From Octopus vulgaris (Eukaryota), in NCBI GenBank assembly GCA_951406725.2, contig OX597816.1, positions 91,946,001 to 92,010,000 of the forward strand: a stretch of DNA of 64,000 nt, written 5' to 3'. Every line of letters starts with the position of its first letter. Positions within the stretch are counted from its first letter, which is position 1. The notes under the pieces were generated by a model. It searched no databases. It was not told the origin of the DNA and saw only the letters and a program-made list of their open reading frames with translations. A program made the position numbers and the translations under genes. Below are positions 40,759-55,190 of this stretch, piece after piece.

Positions 40759-42185
40759 TTGTGCCCCTTGGCCTTTGTAGATCCTTTTAAATCAGTGAAA
40801 GTTATGCTATTTATTGTCAGTTATCAAGTTGCTGGAGGCTGAAATATTTTCTGGATCTGAAGAGCCAGTCGATGAAATAATGTCCTGTCTATGTTTGAAA
40901 GTTCCCTAAGACAGGTGAAGGAAAGAGAGAAATAACTCATAGGAGACTGATTTGTGCACTTGAAAGAAATGAAGAAAAGACTGCCCTAAAGATACCCGAT
41001 GGCCAAGAGGTGTCAAACGAATTAAGCCTTATTAGTCAAGGATGATATGACGTACTACTTAATATCACTATACTACTGCATATTAATTTCCATAGCAGTT
41101 GTTGTAACTAACAAATTTGAACAATGGAGCCAGCAATGAATACTGTACTTCATTGCAACTACAATGTCGATATCTAAAATATGAACGTTGTACAGCGTCG
41201 TGGTAAATCACACAATCGTATTGTTTAGGTAGGCGATGCCAAGAATTTGTCTTCGCGCAGTGCGTTTTGGGAAAGCGAAAGTATGCTAAAGGTATGAGTT
41301 GGACTCAACAAATATTTGTCAAGTAGGCAGTGCTGTTACTGCATTTAACTACAAGCTGTACCACACTTTGGTACCTGTGTACTGATAAGGGGGTGGATAA
41401 ATGAGGGGTTCGTATCTAAGTTTACGAATCGATTAGCCAGGGAATGAAGTGCAATGTCCATTCCTATTTTCTGAGGCTCCTAAATTGTTAGAGGGCAAGG
41501 TTTCCTTGTGACCTTGGCTAAATGCATGAAACAGATTAGGTTCTACTAAAGACACACAAACACTAGGTGGTAGTAATAAATAAGGTAACAAATTAGGTCT
41601 AAAACCCAGTAATAAGCACAGTCGATTTGACTGGCTTTCACACAATTCCCGTCTAGCCGATTTCACTCGCAAAGCATGGTTCAAACCGAAACTATGGTAG
41701 AAGTCACTTGACGAAGATGCCATGATGTGGGATCGAGCCCGGTAACACATGATTGCAAAGCAAATTTCTTAAGCATATAGCCATACCTTCTCTTATCATT
41801 GGTAATGTAGTACGGAACGCCGTATCATTGCACCTCTCCCAATGAAGTTAATGTATCTTTTTTGGAAGAACACTTTCGCACGGTGTTTTCAATTCTAGTC
41901 ATGTATTTACGTAATAAGGAAGCTAGTGTTTATGTTGCTTGCTTTCGACATTGACACAGATATCAGATAATTTAGAAGATAGATATAATCTAGTGAAATA
42001 TCTATGCTTTTTACGATGTAACTATTCAGTATTTAGTTTTAATACACCGTGTTATTTTAATGTGGCGTTGATATGTAAACGTATACACCAATGCATGGAT
42101 TAGTCAACTGAAGTAAAGACACATATTTATACATATGTGAACGTACACATATACATATGTATACACACACACGCACACACACACA

Positions 42186-42240
<55 letters not shown>

Positions 42241-43485
42241 TCTGATACTGAATGTTTCTACCCCATTTATTTGTAGTTATGGACCTACTACTGTTTGAAC
42301 ACAATTCTTAAATATTAATAATCCTGTCGTAAAATGCGCTCATTTTCTAGCCATTACTTCTAATTATTACCCCTTTTATTACACAATCGCACTGTTATGC
42401 CGCTAGAGATATTTCTATCTATACACCCGTTCAAAATTTCATCGTCTTTGTCTCGTGTGGATTGAGACGAACATACAAAACCATATATCATATATATTCT
42501 AATTCAGCGTTTCCTATTGAAAGATTCCCAAATAATCGCATCGTAAAATAAATATAAATTTACAGTTCTCTTTTGCTTTTCGGAGTCAGTCAATTGAGCT
42601 CTACTATCTGAATTTGATTTAACCTGTTCAAAATCCACCATTTTGTCGCATTTTATATTTTCTCCAGTAACTTTTTATACAAATTTAGGATAGTTACTTC
42701 TAAATCTGGAGTTAATAACCATTACAAAAATGATAAAGCTTTCATCCCTTTGAAATAATTATTTATTTATTTAAGTGACACAATTCTGCTATATCATATG
42801 ATAGATTTTTGACTCGTACGATAAAAGAAATATTGAAGCGTTTCATCTTATATACTTAAAAGCTTAATTAAATTGTAACATTTTCACTATCATACATTTC
42901 AGCTATTTATTTTCCTCGGTCATTATGTCACACCTTTTTCTTTTTACTCCAACGACATCTAAATTAGTGACAGTAATATACCAATATATATTCACAACAG
43001 GCGTAAAAAAATATCTAGAATGCTATAGGTGGAACAACTAAAGAAGATGTTTATCTAGAAACCCCTAGCTGAGAAATGTTTTGAGGTTATGATGTAAAGG
43101 CACTTATTTAAACACCACAGTGTATTTTATTCGTGGCTCTCTACGGTTCACCACCGTCTTCCCTGTGTACATTGAATATAAAGGAAACGTTGTCAAGAGG
43201 TTAAATCGATTCATAATGATATGCTACTGATAATCACATAAACCAGTATACTCTGTTTCAGTCGGGCAGTTGACGACCAAACTGGTAAAATCTCCTTTGT
43301 GTCTCATCCTGGTGCATGGAGGGTGAACAGACACCCTGTCAGGATAAAATAAATACTTGTATACAAGGACACACGAGAACAAGGAATCAATGGCTTTTAT
43401 TAAGGCTTGTGAGTCTAGTACTGTTTAACCTCTTGGTAATCCCTTACTTCCGGTTATCTATTTTAAATCCTGCCTTTACTTAGGC

Positions 43486-43524
<39 letters not shown>

Positions 43525-45484
43525 AAGAGAGAGAGAGAAAAAGAGAGAAGCTCTTTGGTAAATATAAGGATTACCCAGCGAAGTTTAAATGAGGTCTGGC
43601 TAGGATTATCAAGAGCTCATCTTAACTATCATTCATTTCTTTCCATAGAGAGAAAATGCAGTATTGACTGCTGAGTGATGTTACTCCTGTCGCATTGTCG
43701 GAAACTAAGGACGGGTGCCATTTATTTATTAACAAGGGATACAGATTTTCATGACAAGCTTATTATCTAAATCTTTTCCTCCGGACAGACAAGCGTGTTT
43801 TGCAATAATTGCAGCTGACAGTTTTATTAGAAACACCAGCTCTTATTGCCATCGGCATATTAGGCTACGTAATAATATGTTTAAATTATAAATATAAATC
43901 TAGCTTTAATCTTGTCTTTCTGTGGTATCTTTAATCATTCATGAAAAAATTAGCAAGTCCTTGTAAAAAGACTATATCTGAGTTCCTTGTGTGACACCTA
44001 GAACACTTATGTTTAGCTGACGAGGCATCCTACATTGTGGAACTAATAGCCAAATTTTCTCAAGTTGCAGTCTATTGTCTTAAAAAAGAAAGGACACATT
44101 GCATAATGTAATCGAAGATATCCAAAATGATAGGATGGTCACGGATAGAATGGCTTTGATTAACCCGGGACTGAACGACAATAACGAATGTCGTTATTCA
44201 TATATTTACATATATTTAATGTTCTCTAAGCAGCAGCAGCAGCAGCAGCAGCACCAGCACCATCACCACCAGCAGCCGTTCAAGATGTACCTGGAGATCT
44301 CCATTTCCAGCGATTTCGAGGGCCACCTCCCAGTGGTATCGGGCGTCAGCAAAGAGCCCTCGACTACAACAAGACAACTAAATTTTTTTTTCTCCCAAGG
44401 TCTGGGGTCTCCCGCCCCCAAGCCCTAGACCATCACCTAATCACCCTTACCCGTCTTGTTGCTTAACAACAGCAACAACAACAACAGCACCACCAGCAGT
44501 ACTACCACCACCACCACCAGCAGTACCACCACCACCACAAGCAGTACCACCACCACCTACAACAACAACAAGAACAACAAGCTAAAAGAAGACTCTATAT
44601 GTATTCACTGAACATGCTACATTTAAGAAGTGGCCATATCTTCCTTTCCTCATATCACATATCTAACAAAGGAAGAACGCATCGAATAATGTGGTCCAAA
44701 AGCGCTTGATGATCAGAGCAAGAACACCTTTCATCATCGGTTTTCTGAAGTATTTTTTTTACTTGAAATGAAAACGCTAAACACGATAACGATATCGCGC
44801 AGATAAATACACACTGACACCTCCACACACACACACACATACACACACGCCCCCACATCAAACATGTGCACGTACACAGATATTTATAGCTTGATTACTT
44901 GTGTGCGTAACTCTTATATTGTGAGATGATACGACTAGACAACACGGTTAAAAACAGAACCGGAGAATTATAGGTGACTGACGTCACCAGCTGGGAAACG
45001 TGAAATACGTTACCCGTAGCATAACGACTATTCCAAACATCATTCGTATATTTTAGTTGTAATGAGCTAAATTTAGATAAAAACACAGAGTTTCTCCCCT
45101 CTTCAGCAACAAAAATAGCAGCTCTCTAGTGTCTAGAGAATAGAATATTGCTTCGTCATAACTGACTTTATATTAACATCTCAACAGAAAGTGGAGGAAT
45201 AATTTGACGATGAATCAACTTGCTATGAAATAAGACCTATAGAAATCTACAAAGTCATCTTTAATTTCTAGTAAGAATTTGTTATTAGATCCAAGACAGC
45301 CTCAAACAAATGGACTTGTCATGTCAATGATTAGTTGTCTAGATTTAAAACGGTACAGTGTGATTTGGCGGTTGCTATTTCAAGACGGTCGATCCACTAT
45401 GTACAGTTTCCGCCGTTAACTCATTTCTACTAGGACTGTTCTGTTGGTAACATAGAGTTAATTGGTATTATTAGTTCCCTTAAT

Positions 45485-45700
45485 AACGTAGCGAACCGGC
45501 AATATCGTTAGCATGCCAGACAAAATGCTTAGCAGCATAAATCTGGCATTTTCTACTTAGTTCAAATGCTGCCGAGGTCGACTTTGACTGTTTTCCTTTC
45601 AGGATCGATAAAATAAGTACCAGTTGAGCACTGAGGTTGATGTAATCAACTTTCCCTCCCCTCAAAGTTACTTGCCTTGTGTCAAAAAATCAAAGAGAAT
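45485..45700 (+). mobile_element. Family A SINE (diverged)
   Basis: tcgttagc...gaggtcgactttg...ggatcgataaaataagtaccagttgagcactg. Confidence 0.8.
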
Positions 45701-46675
45701 TATTAGTCCATTACTATGCGATCATGTGTTTTCGTTGTGTTTCTATTCTGTCATATATCAAAGTCTATAACTGCCATATTGTAATGTTTCCAGCACTATG
45801 TCAAGTTTAAGTCTAAAACACTTAACCCTAAACTACGAGGTCTTCCTAGTTCTCAGAAAACATCACAGATGGTATAATTAACAACTGTAAATTTGGCGAA
45901 TATTTCGGCTTCTAGTTGTTATGTTCAATTTTACCCAGAGTTACCTGTGATAAACCAACGTCATACAAGGAGGACGGGAAAGAGAATTAGTAATCCATCG
46001 CTTAATCTAACGAAATCAAATATATGCACTGCTCTTATGGCTTCTTTTGATTCAGAAATAAAATGAGCTTCATAAATAATTTTTTCTGAGTATATGAATA
46101 ATTAGCACTACAATTTCAAAATCGAGCGTAAAAATACATGAACAATATATGAAGACGAGTTTATATTGGAAACTCCAAGAAAATGAAATCTCATCTCAGG
46201 TATATCAATTACAGAAAAAAGTTGTTCGGTGCGAATAAGCGATATGATGTATTATTTCGATGTAGATTGTTAACTGAATATTGACCTACAAACTTCACGA
46301 TATCCGACTAGTTATTTTATGACTTGATTTAAAATGAAATTAGATGTAGCTTAAATAAAGTAAATAGTAATATAGTAAATTTAAACAAGAATGGTTTTAT
46401 AAAGATTTAGTTATTTGTTTATTCTATCTAACTGTTCTTTATTTACTTTTCCCATCCTAATAATTTCAGAGGAGTCAGATGGAGATTCGAAAGCTTACTG
46501 AGGTTGAAATCTCCGTAAAATTAACATTTTATTATTATTATACGTATATATATCAATAAAGCTGGGAAGGTAGTATATATATACGACTGAGTAGACAAAT
46601 GAAAGAAGGGCACTCAACACATTTATTGTGAGTTATATGTATGGATCAAAATAGTTTGAATCAAACTGTTTTGAT

Positions 46676-46738
<63 letters not shown>

Positions 46739-47434
46739 TTATTTTCCTTCTTTTCTTTTGTTGTTTCAGTCATTGGACTGCAGCCATGCTGGAACAACAC
46801 CGTGAAGGATTTAGTTGAGCAAATCGACCCAAATGCTTATTTTAAGTTTGGTTCGCTGTCTCTTATTTGCTCTGTTTATCGAGCCGCTACAGTACGGGGT
46901 ATAACCGAGCCAATACAGGATGCCAAGTAGTAAAGGGCCAAATACAAAGATCACACATGCACACGCGCGCGCACACATACACAGAGACAGAGTGACTCAT
47001 ACTCTGAGTCAGAACTCATAATGTAAAAACGGACGAAATGCCGCTAGGCATTTTATCCGACGTGTTAACGATTCTACTAGCTCACTACCTTACTAGTCTG
47101 ATGCTAGTTCTCTCGTGATCAGAGATGTATCAATGAGCGTTGAAACTCGTCTGACACTTTTTTAGAAAATCTATTACGTACACGCAATTTTTAAGTGACC
47201 TGAGGTAATAAAGAATAAAATTGTTTCACTTAGTGATACCAGAAAGCGCCCCCAACGGACTTGATTTCATGATATGGTCGTAACGTAAAGAAAAAAGAAA
47301 AGAAAACCAAAATAAAACAAAAACAAATCAAATAACAAGGGGACTAGAGACTTGGAAGAACCTTGGAAAGAAGTTCACAACTTCAAACCCCAGCCGTCTC
47401 AAACTAACATTACTCAAGCTAACATTACTTCAAG

Positions 47435-47623
47435 ATGAAATTTGGGGGAAGGGATTGTCGATTACATTTACTCCAGTATACAACTGGTACTTATTTTATC
47501 GACCCCAAAAGGATGAAAGGTAAAGTCGATCTCGGCAGAATTTGAACTAAGAACGTAGCGACGGGTGAAATACTGCTAAGCATTTCGTTCAGCGCACTGA
47601 CAATTCTTCCAGCTCGACGCCTT
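47435..47623 (-). mobile_element. Family A SINE
   Basis: Reverse complement of the family A consensus seen elsewhere in the window. Confidence 0.82.
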
Positions 47624-47937
47624 CTTTACTGATTTAGAAAATTATTTATAATTAGTGCATGACCTAGTGTTTATTCTAAATTAAAATACATATTAGTTCT
47701 TAGTCGTTTTTCTATCTATATACAGCATTATATATACTAAACAACAAGTAGGACATTTTTACAATCTGCGTTGTGTGTATAGAATAATTCTAAGGAATTT
47801 AACATCTTTGTAATTGGGGCGCCCCAGAGATCCTCTTGCATACGTTCATCATTAATGACAAACGGTTCAACAACGAAATTAATTCTAAAATGACTGTTAG
47901 AAAATAATCCTTTAACTACATTCTGAAATGATGGATT

Positions 47938-48236
47938 TTTCCTTCCCGAGCCATGCCTGGCTCATAAGGGCCGGTTTCCCGGTTTCCTTGGCGTATGGGT
48001 TCCCCACCTGGACGGGATGCCTGTCCGTCACAAGTGAGCTGCAAGATGCAGGAGGACAGAGTGAGAGAAAGTTGTGGCGAAAGAGTCAGCAGAAGTTCGC
48101 CATTACCTTTTGCCAGAGCCGCGTGGAGTTTAGGTGTTTCGCTCATAAACACACACATCACCCGGTTTGTGATTCGAACCCGCGATCCCTCGACCGCGAG
48201 TCCGCTGCTCTAACCACTAGGTCATGTGTCTCCACA
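47938..48236 (-). mobile_element. tRNA(Arg-like)-headed SINE (family C) with a 12-bp TSD
   Basis: Head ...tgacctagtggttagagcagcggactcgcgg...gggttcgaatc; aaatgatggatt at 47926-47937 and 48237-48248. Confidence 0.88.
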
Positions 48237-48940
48237 AAATGATGGATTGGAGGAAACTGAAGTGAATAGTGTCCGTGAGTCGTTTAGGTTTCTTGTGTAT
48301 TGGGAAAGATTCGAGTTAAAACAATAACAGATTGGTAGATAGCTACATTGTATTTCTTAAGAAAGTAACTTATTAAAATTTAAGACAGAATAACGAATAT
48401 TTATTATTAAGCTTTCTTCAGAGAAATTTTAAAATGGTGATTCAAGTTTTTCTTACCATTTTGTAATAAATTGCTTTTTAAAGACGAAACTTTCTATTTT
48501 CTTAAGTGATAGTTTTATGTCTTTAACAACCTTGTTGAGGAATATTTATGTGTATGTACGCACATAAATACACATGCATACATACATGCATACACACACA
48601 TACACGCGCACACACACACACACGCACACACACTTTTATACATATGTACATATACATAGAGGGAGGGACAAAGCAACGGAGATGAGGGAATTTGCGAATC
48701 AAATCGGAAGTTATGTTACAGACCGAGAGATTTCACAAAATTATGATTTAATTAGAAATTACGCTTACAACACAAAAAACAAAAAACAGGCGAAAAAAAA
48801 AGAAAAAATCAAAACAAGCAAAACTTTAACTTAAACTATAAAAGTACGATATAAGCTCTACTGGAACAAGAACAGATCGTTTATTAAATAAAAAAATAAT
48901 AAAATAACGACAACATGAGAACGTAATTTGCCGTACTTAC

Positions 48941-50475
48941 CCAGTCTTTGCATAATTAGTCCAAAAACGCATCATTTTCTTACTCAATTCGACTTCATTG
49001 TCTAAAAAGTTTTTGCTACGATCCACGGGGGATCCGAAGATATATTCAATTTCTGCTGCGTGATATGCACCAACCCATTTCGGCCATGGAGACTGCGATG
49101 GAATTTGAGTGAAGTAATAATAATAAACTTTTTCTCCCGCGTTCGAGTATGCTTCTGCCAATTGATTCACTTGGCAGAGGAAATTATAGTCAGTAACTAA
49201 TTGGTCAAGTTTATTTCTGTTAGATATTTTGTCATCGGGATTCTCCCAATTTGTATACTGGTATAAAACTGCATCTCGCCCGAAGGAGTTAAGTTTCGTT
49301 GGATATTGAGGGTAGTATTCAATCAACGTATCCGAAAGTATACGAAATATTTCTTTGCTAATTAGAGCGTTGGTCTCTATATCAAAAATGTCTTTACGGA
49401 AATATGCAAGAAAATATGTTCCTTCGTTTTTATTAGATCCTACTAAAAGAGGCACTCTTTTAAAATTTTGTGTGGCTAATGATATTTCCGGAGTCTCAAC
49501 AAGGAATGTTCCATCAACGATTAATACGAAAGGGAATTGAGATATACCTTCAACAACATACCATACATAGTCTGGAAAATCTTTGGCTGGTTGTGCTTTT
49601 AGACATTTATAAATATCCCAAGCTGTATCCACCGGAGAGCATTTGAATTTTTCAGCGAGTACCTTGGATCGCCTGAAGGCCTCTTCTCTACTTATAACTG
49701 CCCACGGACATGTTAAACTTCCACTTTGTAAGATAGCTCTGTCAAACTTTGATCGACTGAGTGGAGAAACTAAATGAAAAGCGACACTTGCAGCACCGGC
49801 GCTTTCGCCAAATAATGTAACGTTTCTAGGATTTCCACCGAAATTTCTTATTTCACGTTGTATCCAGTCTAAACCCATGAGCTGATCAAACATTCCAGCA
49901 TTCCCAGGCGCTTCGGGTATGCCTAATGCAAGAAATCCTAAAACACTAACACGATATTGTATCGAAACTACAATCACATCATTTAAAAGAACTAAATATG
50001 ATGGGTCATATATATCTAAAGTTGATGTACCGCTATAGAAGCCACCTCCGTAGATCCAAACAAACACCGCTTTGTTCTTGATTGGTTTCTTCACTTTGGG
50101 AACATAAACGTTTAAATATAAGCAATCTTCTGAGCGAGGTGTATTGGCATGCCAAACATTTTCTCCAGAGAAATTTTTGAAGATTTTGTCAAATCCCTGC
50201 ATGCAGGAATTCGGTTTCACAGTTGCATTAAAAATCCCTGACCAAGGATCATTGGGTTGTGGATGCCTAAAGCGAAGGTTTCCGAGTGGTGGCTTAGCGA
50301 ATGGAATGCCATAATATACATCCACTTGCTTTCCATCTACATTTTTGCGGAAACCTCGCACTTTACCTTTCGATGTGGTGACTATGGGATCTTGTGAAGC
50401 ATCTGCTCTCATAAACAAACACAAAATATAGACTCCGAGAACAAGCAAGAAGTCTGTATAGCGACCTAAATCCAT
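48941..50475 (-). CDS. ache: Acetylcholinesterase-like cholinesterase, main coding exon (exon 50520-48941; ATG at 50475)
   Basis: Signal peptide MDLGRY...ADA; motifs GIPFAKPP, SEDCLYLNV, WIYGGGFYSG (oxyanion hole), FGESAG (Ser codon 49801-49803), NEGTYF (Glu 49423-49425), YHAAEI (His 49060-49062), choline-site Trp (ENVW). Acceptor ttttctatttgcag ends at 50521; donor GG|GTAAGT at 48940. The orthology (true AChE versus paralog) is not resolved. Confidence 0.95.
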
Positions 50476-50576
50476 AATGGCGTCATCCAGATGCTGAGAT
50501 GCTTTCCTGGCTTTTCTCACCTGCAAATAGAAAAAACAAAATAAATACATTAGATTAATGCCTTGAAATTCATTTG

Positions 50577-50916
<340 letters not shown>

Positions 50917-51072
50917 CCTTCTATATATATGTATGTGTGCGTATGTGCTTGTATACACACACACACACATACACACACATATTAGATATACACCCATATA
51001 TCTAATATGAGTGTATATACAAATATGAGTGTATTAGATGTACATCCATATTTATAAAGTATCACCTAAATT

Positions 51073-51385
51073 GTGAAGGTGTGTGGCTTAGTGGTTAGGG
51101 TATTCGGCTCGCGATCGTATGGTCGCAAGTTCGACTCCCGGCGGCGCGTTGTGTCCTTGAGCAAGACACTTTATTTCACCGTGCTCCAGTCCACTCAGCT
51201 AGCAAAAATGAATAGTATCTGTATTTCAAAGAGCCAGCCTTTGTTACACTCAATGTCATGCTGAATCTCCATGAGAAATATGTAAAGGGGTACACGCCTG
51301 TGAAGTGCTCAGCACGTCAATCTTACGAGCAAGCTGTTCCTTTGATTGTATCAGCTGGGATCCACGTCGTACCCGACAGAATGCT
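51073..51385 (+). mobile_element. tRNA-headed SINE with a gttgtgtccttgagcaagacact (V/CORE-like) domain
   Basis: A box tggcttagtgg, B box agttcgactcc; its tail is shared with 53600-53735. Confidence 0.82.
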
Positions 51386-53385
51386 CCTATCACCTAAATC
51401 AGGTACACGTACACACAAATATATGTTCAGCCCTTGATCAACCCTGATAAGCAAAGTTAAGGTAAAAGATATTCCGGCTGCCACAATATAATCTTTTTGA
51501 TGGTATCCAGGATTATCCAATGTAATCATACTTTTAGTTTTTAGGATGGTAGGGTGTGATATCAACGTGATTTATCAATTACTTCTTAGCAGACTGTAGC
51601 ATATGTGTACTTACATACAAGCATACATACATACATACATACATACATACATACATACATACATACATACATGCATACATACATATATACATACATACAT
51701 ACATACATACATACATACATACATACATACATACATACATACATACATAAATACATACATAAATACATACAAAAATACCCTACTGTTGATGTTGAAATCC
51801 CAATGAAAGAGCCTTGGATCTAGGTTAGAAACCGGTTCTTTCTCTATTGGCAATGAATCTTGAAATAAACTAAATAATGACATACATACACACTCACACT
51901 CACACACACACACGTGTGTGTATGTGTGCACTTGCGTGTAAGTACTAATATCTAGTATAGTTATTAACACGGTAAGTGTCAAGAATCGGTGGAGAACCAT
52001 ACCAAAAATATTTATCAACGTCCCCTCACAATACAAGTTTTATTAATGCTGTAGTTCATCTTGCTTCGCATCCCTCTGAGATAGAATAACAGATATGGAC
52101 CACTTCAAGAGACTACAAACCTCTTTCCTACAAATCTGTGGCCTTATGCCAAGTTAGAAATCAATATATTTATATGCATGGGTTTATCTGTGAGTTCAGA
52201 TAGACATAAATTTATAACATGCAATTAAATGCAGTCTACACAAAGAAACAGGGGGCGCGAAATCAAATAAAAGATATTCAATAGGCGTAAAGTTCTCTGA
52301 CATTCAACTAGAGATATATTAAACTGTGATGTTGTCGTGATCAGAATTATTGTATTACCTTTACATGTTGATTACATTGTTTTGCATATAGATAAATATT
52401 TCATCCGTTGAAAGGCTTAATGTAATCAATATATTAATTGTATGTTACAAGAAGAGTGGAAACGGACATGAACATTCTGTTCCAAGCAGAAACTCATTAC
52501 TAACAGTTTCTAATGTAAACAATAAACTTCACAACGATTGTTATCACAAAAGTGAAGGTTAAACGGCGCAATATTTAGGCAAAAGACATCCATTTGACTT
52601 TCTAGATTAGATTAAACATTCAAATCAAATGCCAAATCACTTTGTGCTTGAGTCGAGAAAAATGTTAGCTAACATATCATCAAATGTAAAAAGAGTGTTG
52701 TCATCTTGCGAAAAATTCATCTTCCCTGTTCCGCTTATACGAAGACAGTTTTATGTTATCTGGCGTGAGAATAAGTGTTCTCCACTTTCTCAGAAATATA
52801 GTCATAAATATATATAACTGTTTGGCATGTTATATCAAAATCAAAATCTATAAACATTCCATTGGTTGTTAATTATTTGTATATTTTACAAAATGGATAA
52901 TAAACATTATGTTCTTTCTTCGTGTGAATATTATTTTCTGTAAGCACTATTTATTACAATGCTTTAAACAACAGTTATAAACCTCACGACTTTTCTTGAG
53001 ATTTGTCTGTAAGTACTATATGAAAAACAATGTATAATGTTCAACTTATTTTTCAAAGATGGCCGTCGTTTTATCAGAAAGAAACTTCAGCAATGGCTTA
53101 TTTTTGTTTTATTTATTTTATATTTTATTGCAGTTGGTGAATCACTGGATCACTGAATTTCTAATGGCGATTCACAAGGGAGAGTCTGCGACACGTTGCA
53201 GGATAAATATCACGAAGGTCTTTGCTCGAAGGAACGTGATAAGAATAAATGTACACATTAATACATACTGACATATATGGTCAAAAATTTCCTCTAAAAC
53301 TATAACGAGAAAGAGAACACACACACACACACATACAAACACACACACACACACATACACACACACATATATATATATAAATCTA

Positions 53386-53454
<69 letters not shown>

Positions 53455-53485
53455 GTCTGTCTGTCTGTCTGCCTGTCTGTATGCC

Positions 53486-53586
<101 letters not shown>

Positions 53587-53589
53587 ATC

Positions 53590-53943
53590 GTCGCAGCACT
53601 CCGTCAACGGAACAGCCTGCTCATGAAATTAATGTGCAACTGGTTGACCTCTCCACAGACATGTGTACCCTTAACGTAGTTCTCAGGGAGATTCAGCGTG
53701 ACACTGAGTGTGACAAGGCTGGCCCTTTGAAATACTGGTACAAAAGAGACAGGAAGAAGGGGTGAGAGAAAGTTGTGGTGAAAGAGTACAGCAGGATTCG
53801 CCACCACCCCCTGCCGGAGCCTCGTGGAGCTTTAGGTATTTTCGTTCAATAAACACTCACAACGCCCGGTCTGGAAACCGAAACCGCGATCCTACGACCG
53901 CGAGTCCGCTGCCCGAACCACCACTGGGCCATTGCGCCTTCAC
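53590..53943 (-). mobile_element. Family C-headed SINE with an alternative tail
   Basis: Head matches 48236-48060; tail matches 51220-51350. Confidence 0.82.
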
Positions 53944-53949
53944 GATACA

Positions 53950-53983
<34 letters not shown>

Positions 53984-53992
53984 CATATATAC

Positions 53993-54062
<70 letters not shown>

Positions 54063-54744
54063 TAATGTCATAACGTTTTTGCACACACAAATAGGAAAAT
54101 GACTCCTCACTGTAGGATGTCGCACCTTCACGGTACATAAATGAACTTCCAGATACAATATTAGAAATATATATGTGAATACCTGAGGTGTCGGATGGTG
54201 GAAGGGATTATGCTAGGCGCCGGTTTACGTTTACTACCCAAGTAGGCTATGGCAGGATTTGAAGTATGGGAACAAATGCCACAAGGAATTCGAGGCAACA
54301 TTCTTACCGTTCTCTCGTTCTTCTACCCTGGATTAATACGATTTTTTTAATCATCCCAAAAGGATGAATGGTAAAAAGATGACCTTGGAGGGATTCGAAC
54401 CCAGAGAACAGAGCATATGTCACGAGGAATTCTAGTCAATGCTCTAACGATTTTGCCGAATCGTCGTTTAGACATTTTACCTTTATTCTGATTCCAGTAC
54501 CAAAATATAGCAACCCCAACTGTACTTTTGCAAAATAGCAAAAAAAAAAAACAACCAAAAAAAAAAATGCGAAAAAAAAAGCCATTAAGGAAACATGCAC
54601 GATTATGCATCTGCTGCTTTTAGAAAACAAAATTGTTTAGAAATTAAGTTAATCCATAGATGTCACCTGCATGAAAAAGAATTAAGTTATCATGTTTAAT
54701 GTTAGGAGTATGGTAAAACTAACTATAAATAAATTTTTATTTCT

Positions 54745-55190
<446 letters not shown>

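Noticed and set aside
43337-43647. Possible solo LTR (TG start, minus-strand AATAAA)
   Set aside because: No clear CA end with a matching TSD and no second copy in the window.
48165-48236. tRNA-Arg-like gene (also 51073-51145 and 53870-53943)
   Set aside because: No closed acceptor stem or poly-T terminator; continues into a SINE body, with a TSD at one copy.
48937-50550. Single-exon 537-aa cholinesterase or retrogene, as given in the ORF track
   Set aside because: The first 10 codons are the polypyrimidine tract and acceptor, and the stop lies in the GTAAGT donor; the missing C-terminal part is found in frame at 14999-14818.
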